Shown here: in pieces, positions 41,856 to 52,287 of the stretch
How positions within the stretch are numbered: the first letter of the stretch is position 1
Layout: each line of letters opens with the position of its first letter
Made by a program: the position numbers and the translations under genes
Source of the DNA: an uncultured delta proteobacterium
GTDB lineage: Bacteria > Myxococcota_A > Polyangia > Fen-1088
Length of the DNA: 64,000 nucleotides
Assembly: GCA_963796685.1 (NCBI GenBank)
Contig: CAWCMR010000013.1
Span: 352,001-416,000 of the forward strand
Direction: 5' to 3'
Notes under the pieces: generated by a model
The model's database searches: none
Told to the model about the DNA's origin: nothing
What the model saw: only the letters and a program-made list of their open reading frames with translations

Positions 41856-44852
41856 TCAGCCCTTGGGCTTGGCCGGGGATGGCGACGGGACGGGGCGCGC
41901 GAGGCCGGGGGCGGTTGGGGCATTGCCTTCCGGTGCGAGCGGGGTTCCGAGATCCACGGGGGGCTCGTCACCGATGGTCATGGGAAGGTCCAAGACACCC
42001 TCGCCCTGTGGGGTGGGGGGCACCGAGGCACCGCCTTGTTGTGGAGGCGGGGAGGGGGGCGCCAGGGAGGCGGGAAGGACGGTCTCGGAAAGCTCCGGCG
42101 ATAGTGGCCTGAGGCTCATCGTCAGCCTGCCGGCCCGCGCGGATCCCGTCGTGGGGGCCACGGTTTGCGCGACGGCCGGGGAAGTCGGGGAAATCAGGTC
42201 CACGATGGGCGTGTCCTCGAGTGAGATCTCGATTCCAGCCGGTCCCTTGGGCTCGACGGGGGTCGCGGTTGCTGGACCACCGCCCGCGGCAGCGGGGGAC
42301 TGGAAGACCGTGGCGGACGTCGCAAGCGCATGGGCGAGCGTTCCCGATGCGTCCGGGGCCTTGGTCATGTAAGAGGCGGCGTCGTCGACCTGCCGTTCGA
42401 GAGCGCGCGACACGAACTCCTGCCGCCGCTCCCACACCAGGTTGATGGTCATGTCGTGGACCTTCGCCTTCACCACGTGGTAGGGCCGATCGACGGTCAT
42501 TTCACGCGCGCTCACGCGGATGACATGAAATCCCTTCTGCATCTTCAACGCGACCCTGCCGTCCTTGCCCGTGGCCACGGCCTTGGCGCGCTCGTCGTCG
42601 AGCCACACCCGCGCACCTTCGACCGGGCCGCGATCGTCGACGACGAGGATCTTGAACTCGGCTTCGGCGGCCTCAAGGACATGGGCGACGAAGGATGTCT
42701 TGCGCGCCTGCACTGCCACTTCCTGGGGCGGCTCTCGCAGCAGCATGGTTTGGCGGCCTCGGGTGTAGATGCCGTAAAGGTGAACGTACCACTTGCCGCG
42801 CGGGATCCCGCGGAAGGTCGTGTTCTGGTCGATGTTCCAGGCTTCGAAGCGCCGCTTGCGCTTCCCCAGCCACTCCAGCTTCTTGCGATAGGCGGTCAGG
42901 TTGGTGATGGACGGCGTGTGCGGCGAGCGGGAGATGAGAATCGAGAACAGCTCGTCCTTGGCATCCGAGTCCCACTGCACCCTGACCACGATGGTGCCCC
43001 GCAGCGAAAGCGCGATGGCCCAGGCGAGCGTGGCCAGGAAGGCCAGCGCGATGAGCCCGATGAGAAGCGGGTTCAGCACCATCAGACCGGTCGAGCGTCC
43101 CACGAGCGAGGTCTCGATGCGGTCGGCCCGCTGGTGTGCGACGTCGTACAGGACTAGCTCGAGCGTCACCCACGGCGCCAAACTGGCGGGCCGAATGCGA
43201 TAGAGCAGGAGCGCACCGCAGCCCAGATCGTGGGCCATGGTGGCGATGCCCTCGTCGGTCAGACGCGCGGGCGGCAGGATCTCGGTTTCAATCTTGGCCC
43301 GGGTCGCTTGCAGCTCCCACGGCGCGCGTCGCAAGGCTTCCAGCAGGCCTTCGCTCATGTGCTCCTTGCGCACGAGAAAGGGCCAGTAGAAGGGCTGGCC
43401 GCTACCCGGCAGGGCAGCGATCTGGATGGTCGAGAGGGCGGGGTCGTAGAGGTTGTCGAAGCCTTGGAGGATCTGGCGCAGGTTGCTTGCGAGCGGGCTA
43501 GGGGGCCCGCTTGGCTTTTCTGGTCCAATGTCCGCCGCGATCGCCTTGGCCTCTTCCTGGCGCTTGACGAGCTTCTGCGACAGACCGGCCGAGGCCCTGT
43601 CCGCTTCCGCGCCGAGGCGCGCGCTGATGGCCTTGACTTGATCGGCGTTGAGCTCCTGGACCTGAACCAGCGAGGCCGCTTGCCCTGCCTGTTCGCCGGA
43701 CGCGAGCGCTCTGGCGGCCAGGGTCGAGGCCAGTCCAGGTTCTTGGAACGCGAGCTTCTCGGCCGCCGCCAGCGCCGCAGCTTCCGTCTTGGGACCGAAC
43801 GTGCCAGGGGCCGTGGCGGCGATGATGGGCAGAAGGGGGCGCCATTCCGATGCTGGTCTTCCCACCAGCGGCGCAAGGGCGGCGTCCCGATTGTCGATGG
43901 GGTCGCCGCGCGCGATGGCCAGGGACACCGCCCCCAGCGCGGTGGCCGACAAATTGTGCGACCCGCGCAGCAAGGTCAGCTCGGCTTCCGCCGCGGGGAA
44001 GCTCTTGAGGGCAGCCAGAGCGCGCACTTTGGTCGCGCGCAAGGCGGCGTTTTGGGGGTTCGTGGACAACCCGTCATCGGCCAGTTGGACGGCGACGGCC
44101 CAATCGCCAAGCAACAACCTTGCCTGGGCACGGGGGAGGGCAGGCAGGGCAGGATCCTCGGCCAGAGTGAGCAGGATGTTCCTGGCGCCCGCCAAACGGG
44201 ACACGACTGCGGGCAGCGCGAGATCGACGGCACGCGACGCCGCCGCCGGATCGCTCGACACCATGGCCGACTCGGCCGCGAGGAAGGGGCGCACGTCGGC
44301 GAGTCCGGCCTCGGCCATGTCGCCCAGCGTGACACCGATGGCCGGAGCGATTCGCCTGGCCAGCCTTCGGGCGAGCTCGGCCACGTCGCCAGTCGCTGCC
44401 GAGGCGGAAATGCGCAGGAGTCGCCTGCCGCTCGGTCCGATCATGGTGCCGGCCACGGTCGTGCCCTTCTGACCTACCTGCAGCTCCCACAGAATCAAGG
44501 CATCGGCCGCCATGCGCTCGATGAGCCTGGTCCCGATGTCGCTGGACACGGTCAAGTCCTTTCCGGGAGCTTTCCCCGTCAGCGCCTCGATGGCCAAGGC
44601 CAATTCACGCCTGGGCGCGATGACGCGCTGGCCAGGCTGTCCGGTCGATAGGTAGGATCGCACGAGCAGTGAAACGGCTCCGGCCAATTCGGCCTGGTCG
44701 GGCACGGCCATGGGATCGGGAACGACGACCACCTCGGCGGATGCCTTTCCGGACAGGCCGAGCGCCCATGCGCAGGCCAGGCCCGCAGCCAGAAATCTTC
44801 CCCTGGCCGCACCAAACGGCGACGGAGGCGACAGGGACGGGCACGGACGCAT
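41856..44852 (-). CDS. large membrane-anchored hypothetical protein (TPR-like periplasmic part, TM, cytoplasmic beta domains, Pro-rich tail)
   Basis: 998-aa ORF with signal peptide and one internal TM. Confidence 0.7.
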   Translation of the reverse strand: MRPCPSLSPPSPFGAARGRFLAAGLACAWALGLSGKASAEVVVVPDPMAVPDQAELAGAVSLLVRSYLSTGQPGQRVIAPRRELALAIEALTGKAPGKDLTVSSDIGTRLIERMAADALILWELQVGQKGTTVAGTMIGPSGRRLLRISASAATGDVAELARRLARRIAPAIGVTLGDMAEAGLADVRPFLAAESAMVSSDPAAASRAVDLALPAVVSRLAGARNILLTLAEDPALPALPRAQARLLLGDWAVAVQLADDGLSTNPQNAALRATKVRALAALKSFPAAEAELTLLRGSHNLSATALGAVSLAIARGDPIDNRDAALAPLVGRPASEWRPLLPIIAATAPGTFGPKTEAAALAAAEKLAFQEPGLASTLAARALASGEQAGQAASLVQVQELNADQVKAISARLGAEADRASAGLSQKLVKRQEEAKAIAADIGPEKPSGPPSPLASNLRQILQGFDNLYDPALSTIQIAALPGSGQPFYWPFLVRKEHMSEGLLEALRRAPWELQATRAKIETEILPPARLTDEGIATMAHDLGCGALLLYRIRPASLAPWVTLELVLYDVAHQRADRIETSLVGRSTGLMVLNPLLIGLIALAFLATLAWAIALSLRGTIVVRVQWDSDAKDELFSILISRSPHTPSITNLTAYRKKLEWLGKRKRRFEAWNIDQNTTFRGIPRGKWYVHLYGIYTRGRQTMLLREPPQEVAVQARKTSFVAHVLEAAEAEFKILVVDDRGPVEGARVWLDDERAKAVATGKDGRVALKMQKGFHVIRVSAREMTVDRPYHVVKAKVHDMTINLVWERRQEFVSRALERQVDDAASYMTKAPDASGTLAHALATSATVFQSPAAAGGGPATATPVEPKGPAGIEISLEDTPIVDLISPTSPAVAQTVAPTTGSARAGRLTMSLRPLSPELSETVLPASLAPPSPPPQQGGASVPPTPQGEGVLDLPMTIGDEPPVDLGTPLAPEGNAPTAPGLARPVPSPSPAKPKG

Positions 44853-44962
44853 CGTGGTATTCTCGCAGGATTCGGGTAACGCGGTCGTAACAGTTCAGGC
44901 TATCCCGCGCGACCTTAGAGCCCCTCTGAAGTCCGGGTGCAGCGATGGTAGAGTGCCCGGCC

Positions 44963-46174
44963 ATGCGAGATGTCCCAGTGTTCTACATTTCACTGTTCGC
45001 GATTTCCACTGCGCTGTTTGCAGCCGGCTGCCATTCCGACCGGAATGGCGCGATCGCGCCGCCCGACTCCTACGTGCTCTTCGTTCCAAGCACACCAGTT
45101 TTGCCCGGCAGCCCCGTGACTGGGCCCCTGCGCGTGGAAAGGGCGGACCTCAAGACGCCCGCGGTACAGCCAATTCCCAGGCTGTTCGAGGATGGTTTTG
45201 CCTCGGAGATGTTGCGAACGGTCTATCTGGCGGGACAGTACCTGCGCGATGCCGTGGTGGACGGTCGACGTTTTTCGGACCTTGCACGGGCCAATGGCAG
45301 CTTGCCGGTTTGTCTCGTGGTCGGCGCGGATCGCCCGACCTATGCGCGTGGCTTGTCCATCGCAGGCGGCTTCTTCGGCGGTTCCGTGAATAGACCCGAC
45401 TTGCCTTGGATTGGCGTTGCCGCCGATCCGGCCGGCGACAAAGCGCTGGTCCAGACCCTGACCGCGCGCCTGGCAGACTACGCGGCCCGGCTGGTCGCCA
45501 CTGGCGGCCTGCTCGACGCCGCGCCCGCGCCACCCAAGGCACTCGTCGACGGCTACCGCATGGCCATGGAAGTGGTCGCCCGTGAATGGCGCTACACCCC
45601 TGGGCCGGCGGGCGTGATCCAGACCAGTGAAGGAACCCCGGAGCAACGCGCGCTGTTCGGCAACATTCGGGAGAACCGCTACATCCTCGCCGAGGGGAGC
45701 GCTGACCTTCGACCGGCGCGCCAGCTTCTCGATTCGCCTGGAGTGGCCGCGACCATTCTCTACCGGATGGCCCAGGATCGGGCGGTCGGGCCGCGGGTCG
45801 CGCCCGAGGCCTTTTACGCCCCTTACGCCGCCAACCGCATGCCCAAAGGCGTGAGCCCGGCGGCGATTCTCGGCACCTTCAGGAACTTCCAAGCCAAGCT
45901 GCTGGGAGTCTGGGCGGGCGCGGTGCTGCGCGGAAAAGCGCCCACGGATATCGCCGATCTGGTCGACCTATACGGTGCTCAATTTCCCGCCGAGCGTGCG
46001 GAGGTTATCCGCATCTTCGTGGTGACCACCTACGGCGGCACCATCAAGCCCGGCGGATGCTCCATGAAGCCACAAGACGCACGCCAAACGCTGGCCGAGC
46101 TGACCACCCTGGCGGCCGAGGTCGGCGCCGGTCGCAAGACCCTGCGCGACGCGCTCGGGGCCGGTGAGAAGTAA
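44963..46174 (+). CDS. hypothetical lipoprotein
   Basis: FAAGC lipobox; GC3-biased ORF. Confidence 0.7.
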   Translation: MRDVPVFYISLFAISTALFAAGCHSDRNGAIAPPDSYVLFVPSTPVLPGSPVTGPLRVERADLKTPAVQPIPRLFEDGFASEMLRTVYLAGQYLRDAVVDGRRFSDLARANGSLPVCLVVGADRPTYARGLSIAGGFFGGSVNRPDLPWIGVAADPAGDKALVQTLTARLADYAARLVATGGLLDAAPAPPKALVDGYRMAMEVVAREWRYTPGPAGVIQTSEGTPEQRALFGNIRENRYILAEGSADLRPARQLLDSPGVAATILYRMAQDRAVGPRVAPEAFYAPYAANRMPKGVSPAAILGTFRNFQAKLLGVWAGAVLRGKAPTDIADLVDLYGAQFPAERAEVIRIFVVTTYGGTIKPGGCSMKPQDARQTLAELTTLAAEVGAGRKTLRDALGAGEK

Positions 46175-46218
46175 ATGCAATCTAGCCGCCCCGACGCCTT
46201 CCGGGTTATGTAAGCCAG

Positions 46219-47175
46219 GTGAGCACGATCGATTTCTCCAAAAGCCGAATCCTGGTTACCGGCGGGGCCGGCTTTCTGGGCAGCTTTCTGGTCGAGGCGC
46301 TGCGGGTCCGCGGGGCGGCGGACATCGTCGTGCCGCGCAGCCGCGACTGGGATCTGGTCGACCGGCAGGCGTGCCGACGTCTGATCGCGGAGGCCCGGCC
46401 GGATTTGGTGTTCCATCTGGCGGCCCGCGTGGGTGGCATCGGCGCCAACCGCGACAACCCTGGCCGCTTCATGTTCGAGAACGCCATGATGGGCCTGCAC
46501 GTGTTCGAAGAGTGCCGCCTGGCCGGGGTGAAGAAGCTGGTAGCCACCGGCACCATCTGCGCGTACCCCAAGTTTGCGCCTTTGCCGTTCCGCGAGGAAG
46601 ATCTGTGGAACGGCTACCCCGAGGAAACCAACGCTCCGTATGGCATCGCGAAGAAGATGATGTTGGTGCTGTCACAGGGCTACCGCGAGCAGTACGGCAT
46701 GAACAGCGTCGTCCTGTTCCCGGTCAACCTCTACGGGCCGCGCGACAACTTCGATCCGCGCTCGTCGCACGTCATTCCGGCGCTGGTGCGCAAGTGTGTC
46801 GAGGCGCGGGAAGTGGGCAGGGACGAGATCGTGCTGTGGGGTGACGGTTCGCCCACGCGCGAGTTCCTCTATGCCGGCGACGCCGCTTTGGGCCTGGTCA
46901 TGGCGGCCGCCAGCTACGATTCCAGCGAGCCGGTGAACCTGGGTACCGGGCAGGAGATTTCGATCCTCGACCTGGCCACGCTCATCGCCGAGAAGACCGG
47001 ATTCCGCGGGCGCCTGCGCTGGGACAAAAGCCAGCCCAACGGGCAGCCGCGCCGCCGCCTGGATGTCTCGCGGGCGCGCGAGCGCTTCGGCTTCGAGGCC
47101 AAGACTTCGTTCGCCGATGGCTTGCGCGCAACCATCGACTACTTCGAGGAAAACTACAAAAAGGGAGCTCTATGA
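46219..47175 (+). CDS. fcl: GDP-L-fucose synthase
   Basis: [43 protein letters not shown]. Confidence 0.94.
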   Translation: MSTIDFSKSRILVTGGAGFLGSFLVEALRVRGAADIVVPRSRDWDLVDRQACRRLIAEARPDLVFHLAARVGGIGANRDNPGRFMFENAMMGLHVFEECRLAGVKKLVATGTICAYPKFAPLPFREEDLWNGYPEETNAPYGIAKKMMLVLSQGYREQYGMNSVVLFPVNLYGPRDNFDPRSSHVIPALVRKCVEAREVGRDEIVLWGDGSPTREFLYAGDAALGLVMAAASYDSSEPVNLGTGQEISILDLATLIAEKTGFRGRLRWDKSQPNGQPRRRLDVSRARERFGFEAKTSFADGLRATIDYFEENYKKGAL

Positions 47176-48176
47176 AACGTGCGCTGATTACCGGGGTAAC
47201 CGGCCAAGACGGATCGTATCTGGCCGAGTTGCTCCTCGAGAAGGGCTACGAGGTCATCGGCATGGTACGCCGGTCCAGCTCTTTCAACACCGATCGTATC
47301 GAGGGCATCTACCAGGATCCGCACAGCAGCGACTATCGCTTTCGCTTGGTTTACGGCGACCTCGACGACGCCAGCTCGCTCAACCACATCATCCGCACCA
47401 ACGCGCCCGACGAGATCTACAACCTGGGCGCGCAAAGCCACGTGCGGGTCAGCTTCGACGTCCCCGAGTACACCGCGGACACGGTCGCACTTGGCACCTT
47501 GCGCTTGCTGGAAACCCTTCGCGAAACCGGCCACAAGTGCAAGCTGTACCAGGCGTCGTCGAGCGAGATGTTCGGCGGCTCGCCGCCGCCGCAGAGTGAA
47601 AGCACGCCGCTACGACCGCGCAGCCCCTATGCCTGCGCCAAGGTCTTCGCGCACCACCTGTGCGAGAACTACCGCGAGGCCTACGGCATGTTCATCTGCA
47701 GCGGGATCCTTTTCAACCATGAGTCGCCCAGGCGCGGCATTCCGTTCGTGACCCGCAAGATCACGCGGGCCGCGGCCCGCATCAGCCACGGCCTCGACAA
47801 GAAACTGTACATGGGGAACCTGGATGCCAAGCGCGATTGGGGCTTCGCTGGCGACTACGTGGAAGCCATGTGGCTGATGCTTCAGCAGGAGAAGCCCGAC
47901 GACTACGTCATCGCGACCGGCGAGGCGCATTCCGTGCGCGACGCGCTGGAGGTGGCATTCGGTACCCTGGGCCTCGACTACCAGAAGTACGTCGAGATCG
48001 ATCCGCGCTACTACCGGCCGACCGAGGTCGACCACCTGTGCGGCGATGCCAGCAAGGCGAAAGCCAAGCTCGGCTGGGCGCCGCGGGTGCGCTTCAAGGA
48101 GCTCATCGAGATGATGGTGAAGTCCGACGAAGCCGACGTACGCGCGACTCTGCAGGGCAGGGCACCGACAGTGTAG
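47172..48176 (+). CDS. gmd: GDP-mannose 4,6-dehydratase
   Basis: [39 protein letters not shown]. Confidence 0.96.
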   Translation: MKRALITGVTGQDGSYLAELLLEKGYEVIGMVRRSSSFNTDRIEGIYQDPHSSDYRFRLVYGDLDDASSLNHIIRTNAPDEIYNLGAQSHVRVSFDVPEYTADTVALGTLRLLETLRETGHKCKLYQASSSEMFGGSPPPQSESTPLRPRSPYACAKVFAHHLCENYREAYGMFICSGILFNHESPRRGIPFVTRKITRAAARISHGLDKKLYMGNLDAKRDWGFAGDYVEAMWLMLQQEKPDDYVIATGEAHSVRDALEVAFGTLGLDYQKYVEIDPRYYRPTEVDHLCGDASKAKAKLGWAPRVRFKELIEMMVKSDEADVRATLQGRAPTV

Positions 48177-48229
48177 GCATTGCTGCTGACGCCGGTTGGC
48201 TGTTCGTAGTCTCGTCGCCGCGCGCCACC

Positions 48230-49132
48230 CTAGAAATCGTCGATAGGGTGCGGCGTACAGGCGCCGGGAGCAAACCGGCGATCGGGATGGCGGGCTCTGA
48301 GAGCGTTCAGCTCGGCGCGCGTGTAACCGTCAGGGGCCCCGCAGGGAAGACGGCGCTTGATGAACAAATCAATCATTTCGGCGGCACGCTGGCCTTCTGG
48401 CGTGCTGTCGGCCTGGGACCAAAGCTGGTAGATGATGTGGCGGCGCTCGCGCGGACTGTAGCGGGTGTCGGCCCAGAGCGCTTCCAGGCGCTGCGGGAAG
48501 AAGTCGAGCGTGTCCTTCATCGACTGCTTGCTTGCGTCGAGGGCGAGCTTCATGCGGAACTCGAAGGTCGCGGACAGGAAACGGGCTTTCTCGCGGGCGT
48601 AGGGGTCTTGGCCGAGACCGCGCATGAACTCATCCGTGAGATCGAAGCTTTCGGTCACGGCGATCAAGCTCCCGTTCATCGGAATCGGCGTTCCACAAGA
48701 AGAGCCGGGTGGGCAAAGATCGCCATGCTCCGGCGTACGCCGCGGGGGATGCGCCCGCTCGAAGGGCGGGATCCAGGGCGACTGCTGAACCGACGCCTCG
48801 CCAGCGCTTCGTTCGAGCAACTCCGGTTTACGCTGGACCCGAGGGATGACGATCCAGGCGAAGGGAACGAAGCTCGTCGAGACCTGCTTGTCCTTGAAGC
48901 TTACCGCTCCGTCGGGCGCTATTCGCGCATCGAATCGCGGACCTTGGTAGAGATAGCCTTGACCCCGGATACGCAAGCCGTACCCGCCTATGACGTTGGG
49001 GCTATAGGCGTTTTCGACCGCTCCAACCGGTTGAGGAGGAGGCGTGGCCAAGAGTGGAACCCCTGCGTCGGGCTTGGCGCCCGCGTCGTGCGACAATGCA
49101 GCCAGCATAGCCAGTCCAAGGGAAATGCTCAT
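48230..49132 (-). CDS. secreted hypothetical protein
   Basis: signal-like N-terminus, GGAGG SD, 300-aa ORF. Confidence 0.65.
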   Translation of the reverse strand: MSISLGLAMLAALSHDAGAKPDAGVPLLATPPPQPVGAVENAYSPNVIGGYGLRIRGQGYLYQGPRFDARIAPDGAVSFKDKQVSTSFVPFAWIVIPRVQRKPELLERSAGEASVQQSPWIPPFERAHPPRRTPEHGDLCPPGSSCGTPIPMNGSLIAVTESFDLTDEFMRGLGQDPYAREKARFLSATFEFRMKLALDASKQSMKDTLDFFPQRLEALWADTRYSPRERRHIIYQLWSQADSTPEGQRAAEMIDLFIKRRLPCGAPDGYTRAELNALRARHPDRRFAPGACTPHPIDDF

Positions 49133-49312
49133 GCGGAACCTCCTGGCGCACCGCCAACCGAGAAGTCAGCGGCGGGCATCGCGAACCGACTGAATTTCGT
49201 GCATCGCCGGTGCCAGCTCGAAGGCAAGAAGCGGCAACAAGGAAGCTGCGAGTCGGGGCAAAGATCGTGGCATCTTGCCGCGTGTGGCAAGTTGTCACGT
49301 GGTTTCTTCGAG

Positions 49313-49368
49313 TCCAAAGGGGACATTTCTACTTGGGCCGAAGGGGACATTTGGACTTGGGCGCTACA
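49313..49368. mobile_element. orphan terminal inverted repeat of an IS1202 (ISNCY)-type element
   Basis: reverse complement TGTAGCGCCCAAGTCCAAATGTCCCCTTCGGCCCAAGTAGAAATGTCCCCTT: TGT end plus two tandem subterminal boxes. Confidence 0.7.
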
Positions 49369-49373
49369 CACGA

Positions 49374-49401
49374 ATGTCCGATAACAGATATTATGTCAAC
49401 T
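49374..49401 (+). other. XerC/XerD dif-type recombination site
   Basis: ATGTCCGATAA-CAGATA-TTATGTCAACT (11-6-11). Confidence 0.85.
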
Positions 49402-49457
49402 TGACGCCAAGCCAGCGATTGGGACACCGCGCCCTCTCGTTCCCATCTTCCACCCGC

Positions 49458-50075
49458 TTAGCGGGCCTGGGCCTTCAGACTCTCTGACTTTTCGGCCAGC
49501 AACGACTTCAGGTCTTCGAGGGCGCTGTCCATGTCGCTCGATCGGCCGTTTTGGCTCTCGATGGCCGCGATGGCCTTTTCGAGTGTATCGGCGTCCTTGA
49601 CGACGCGGCCGCGAATGGCGTCGTACATCTCGCGGAAGCCGGCATGGAAGGCCTGCAGCTCGTCGCCCTTGCGCAGATTGCCCATGTCCGAGGGCAGCTT
49701 GTTGTCGCGAACCCTGCCAAAGGCGGACCCGATGTTGTGCAGCGGTCCCGCGATTTTGTGGGTCATCCAAATACCGGCGGCAGTCACGGTGACCACCAAG
49801 AGCACGCCGAAGCAGATGATTCCCCATACGACCACCCGGTCGTTGGCTTCGAACTGCGCTCGCAGCTCTCGCTCGACGCTGGGCTCGACGGCCGCGGTCA
49901 TGGTCACGATGCGGGTGGTCTCCCGGGTGGCCACATAGATGCGGTAGCCGAGGAAGGCCGTCAGGAAGACCGCCACGGCGATGATGAACACCGTGTAGCG
50001 GAGCTGCAACCCGACATCGAGAAGATAGTTGCGTAGCTTGCGCTTGTGCTGCGGTACGCGCTCTGATTTCGTCAT
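49458..50075 (-). CDS. two-TM membrane protein with HAMP-like region
   Basis: RKLRNYLLD..LQLRYT, 2 TMs, THKIAGPL..LRKGDEL. Confidence 0.75.
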   Translation of the reverse strand: MTKSERVPQHKRKLRNYLLDVGLQLRYTVFIIAVAVFLTAFLGYRIYVATRETTRIVTMTAAVEPSVERELRAQFEANDRVVVWGIICFGVLLVVTVTAAGIWMTHKIAGPLHNIGSAFGRVRDNKLPSDMGNLRKGDELQAFHAGFREMYDAIRGRVVKDADTLEKAIAAIESQNGRSSDMDSALEDLKSLLAEKSESLKAQAR

Positions 50076-50107
50076 GGATATGCTCCTATGCCTCGTGCCA
50101 TCCGTGC

Positions 50108-50932
50108 CTACCCCCCCTGCGACCTGAAATACCCCACCAGGCTGTCGCCCAACTGACCCGCGGAAGCCTCGATGCAGTCCCGCCGGGCATTCTGTTTGTC
50201 CCTATCCCGTTTGCCTCCTTGAACTGCGGCGCCCGCGCTGGTCCAAAGAATCACGCTTCTGGACGGCCAGCGGGCTACCATCAGCTTGACCTCGCAGCTC
50301 GTCTCGAGCGACGACCCTGCATCGGTGTCCTGCAGCTTGAGCACGTTGCCATCCACGACGAACGCCGGTCTGCCACCCTTGCCCAGGTTCCTTTCCTCCG
50401 CACCCTCGACCACGACGACGTGCGGAAGCTTCTCGAGCGATTGCCGGAGCCCGCTTCGTAGCAGCCCAAGAAGGTTCGCATCTGCGGCTTTGCTTCCCCC
50501 GGTAAACGGACCAAACTTCAAGTAAACCTTTCGATCTCGGTTGTCCGTTTCGGCGGGCTTGGCCGACGCCCCGATGGTGGCCGCGGCCTTTTCGGCTTGG
50601 CTGCGCACGAAGGCATCCGATTCGCGCTGGAGCAACTTTTTGAGCGCGACCAAAGCGGTCTCGCCTCCCAGCTTGCCCAGCGATTGGGCGGCCATGGCGC
50701 GAACCGTCTTGCTTTCGTCCGATAAGGCCTTCACGAGCGGCTCGACACCGGTCTTGTCACCGAGCTTGCCAAGCAACAAAGCCGCTTGTGTTCGCACCTT
50801 GAAGCTGGAGTCGTTTTGCAGCGCACTCGCCAGGTCATCGACCTTGCTGCCCGCTTTTCCTGGGCTTGCGAGTAGGAAGGATACCGCCGCCAAGCCCACG
50901 GCCAGCGCGGGCGCAACCCGGCGAAACCTCAT
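50108..50932 (-). CDS. secreted HEAT-repeat protein
   Basis: KVRTQAALLLGKLG..VRAMAAQSLGKLG; ATGA-coupled to the kinase gene. Confidence 0.8.
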   Translation of the reverse strand: MRFRRVAPALAVGLAAVSFLLASPGKAGSKVDDLASALQNDSSFKVRTQAALLLGKLGDKTGVEPLVKALSDESKTVRAMAAQSLGKLGGETALVALKKLLQRESDAFVRSQAEKAAATIGASAKPAETDNRDRKVYLKFGPFTGGSKAADANLLGLLRSGLRQSLEKLPHVVVVEGAEERNLGKGGRPAFVVDGNVLKLQDTDAGSSLETSCEVKLMVARWPSRSVILWTSAGAAVQGGKRDRDKQNARRDCIEASAGQLGDSLVGYFRSQGG

Positions 50933-52116
50933 TCGGACGAGCGCTGCCCCCTGGACGACCAGTGCGATGGAAACTCGATCACGAAAGCGCTGCCTGTCGA
51001 CGGCGTGTCCTCCACCCAGATGGTGCCATGGTGAACCTCGACGATGACCTTGGCAAGCGCAAGCCCCACCCGGTGCGCGGCTCGTGCGGGCTTGTCCTTG
51101 AGATGGCCCTCGTACGGATCGAAGATGCTGTCCCTGGCCGCGGCTGGAATCAGGTGTTTGTCGCCGAGAACGTGCAGCCGCCCTATCCCTCCCTCGGAGG
51201 TGGCACGCAGGATACACTTGTGGTTCTCCGCCTGGCGCAGGACGAAGGTGGCGAGGTTGGTGACCGCCTCCCTGAGGTAGTTCGCGTCGCCATGGACGGG
51301 CAACGAATAGGATGCGTTCTCGACCACGATCTCTTTGCTCGAGGCCGACGCCATCGGTTCCAGATTCGAGGCCACCGAATGGCAAACGTCGGAAAGCAGA
51401 ACCTTTCCCTCCTTCAGCGCGACATCGCCAGCCTCGAAGCGCTCGAATTCGAGCACCGTGCGCAGGTTGCGAACCATCTCGCGGAAGGTGGCACGCGTGT
51501 CCCGCACGCACTCTTCGAGCTCTTCACGCGACTTCTTGTCGCGCGTGTCCGGTAGCTGCGCGATGTATTCGAAATTGGCCTGGATGGCGCCAAGGGAATT
51601 CTGGATGTCGTGAACCAGTCCGCGAACCCAGCGGCGCTTGTTGCAAATCGCGTTGCCCTGGGCTTCGCGCTTGCCGTCGAGCTTGCGGAAGATGGCTTGG
51701 GAACGAAGCAGCGCCCAGAGTCGCGCGCGACGCTCTTCCTTGCTCGTGGAGTGTGCAAACATGGCGTCCGCGCCAGCGGCCAGCGCATCCAATCTCAGGA
51801 GGTCGCTCTGCTTGCCGTGGGCACAAATGATCACGGGCAGAAAGTGCGTGCGGGTGTTGGCCTTGAGCCTCTCGCACAGATCCACCCCCCCGGCCTTGCT
51901 GATGCGCTCATCGATGAGGACGACATTGGGTCGGTGAAGCAACGCTTCTTCGAAGCCCAGATCGACAGCGTTGACCACTTGAACGTTGACACCTTCGGCG
52001 CGGAGAAAATCCACCAAAGGCCGCGCGCACTCTCGATCCGGTGCGACGATCAGGCCCTCGACAACTCCAGGTGCCGCAGCGACCACATCTCGGGTCGTCC
52101 GTTCATTGGGAAGCAT
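50929..52116 (-). CDS. hybrid receiver-histidine kinase (degenerate ATPase domain)
   Basis: receiver (VVLID, GGVDLC, AGADA), H-box VHDIQNSL, GLALAKVIVEVHHGTIWV. Confidence 0.85.
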   Translation of the reverse strand: MLPNERTTRDVVAAAPGVVEGLIVAPDRECARPLVDFLRAEGVNVQVVNAVDLGFEEALLHRPNVVLIDERISKAGGVDLCERLKANTRTHFLPVIICAHGKQSDLLRLDALAAGADAMFAHSTSKEERRARLWALLRSQAIFRKLDGKREAQGNAICNKRRWVRGLVHDIQNSLGAIQANFEYIAQLPDTRDKKSREELEECVRDTRATFREMVRNLRTVLEFERFEAGDVALKEGKVLLSDVCHSVASNLEPMASASSKEIVVENASYSLPVHGDANYLREAVTNLATFVLRQAENHKCILRATSEGGIGRLHVLGDKHLIPAAARDSIFDPYEGHLKDKPARAAHRVGLALAKVIVEVHHGTIWVEDTPSTGSAFVIEFPSHWSSRGQRSSE

Positions 52117-52287
52117 TCGCCGCGCAAGTCCTCGCAAAGTCACCGTAACAGAGCTGCGGGAAGGATTCAATCGGGTTCGACTGCAAGCGCCACGACAATC
52201 GACGCGGCCGGATCGTCTGGCAAGCAACAGATGGAGGTAAATGTAGGTAATTTGACCTCATTGATTCACATGTATTACTTTGTAGGC

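Noticed and set aside
46195-46216. Second dif-like site (TTATGTAAGCC)
   Set aside because: There is no XerC-like arm 6 bp upstream; more likely the fcl promoter region.
47837-49384. 515-aa + strand ORF as an IS1202 transposase
   Set aside because: No DDE motifs; it overlaps gmd and is antisense to the 48230-49132 gene.
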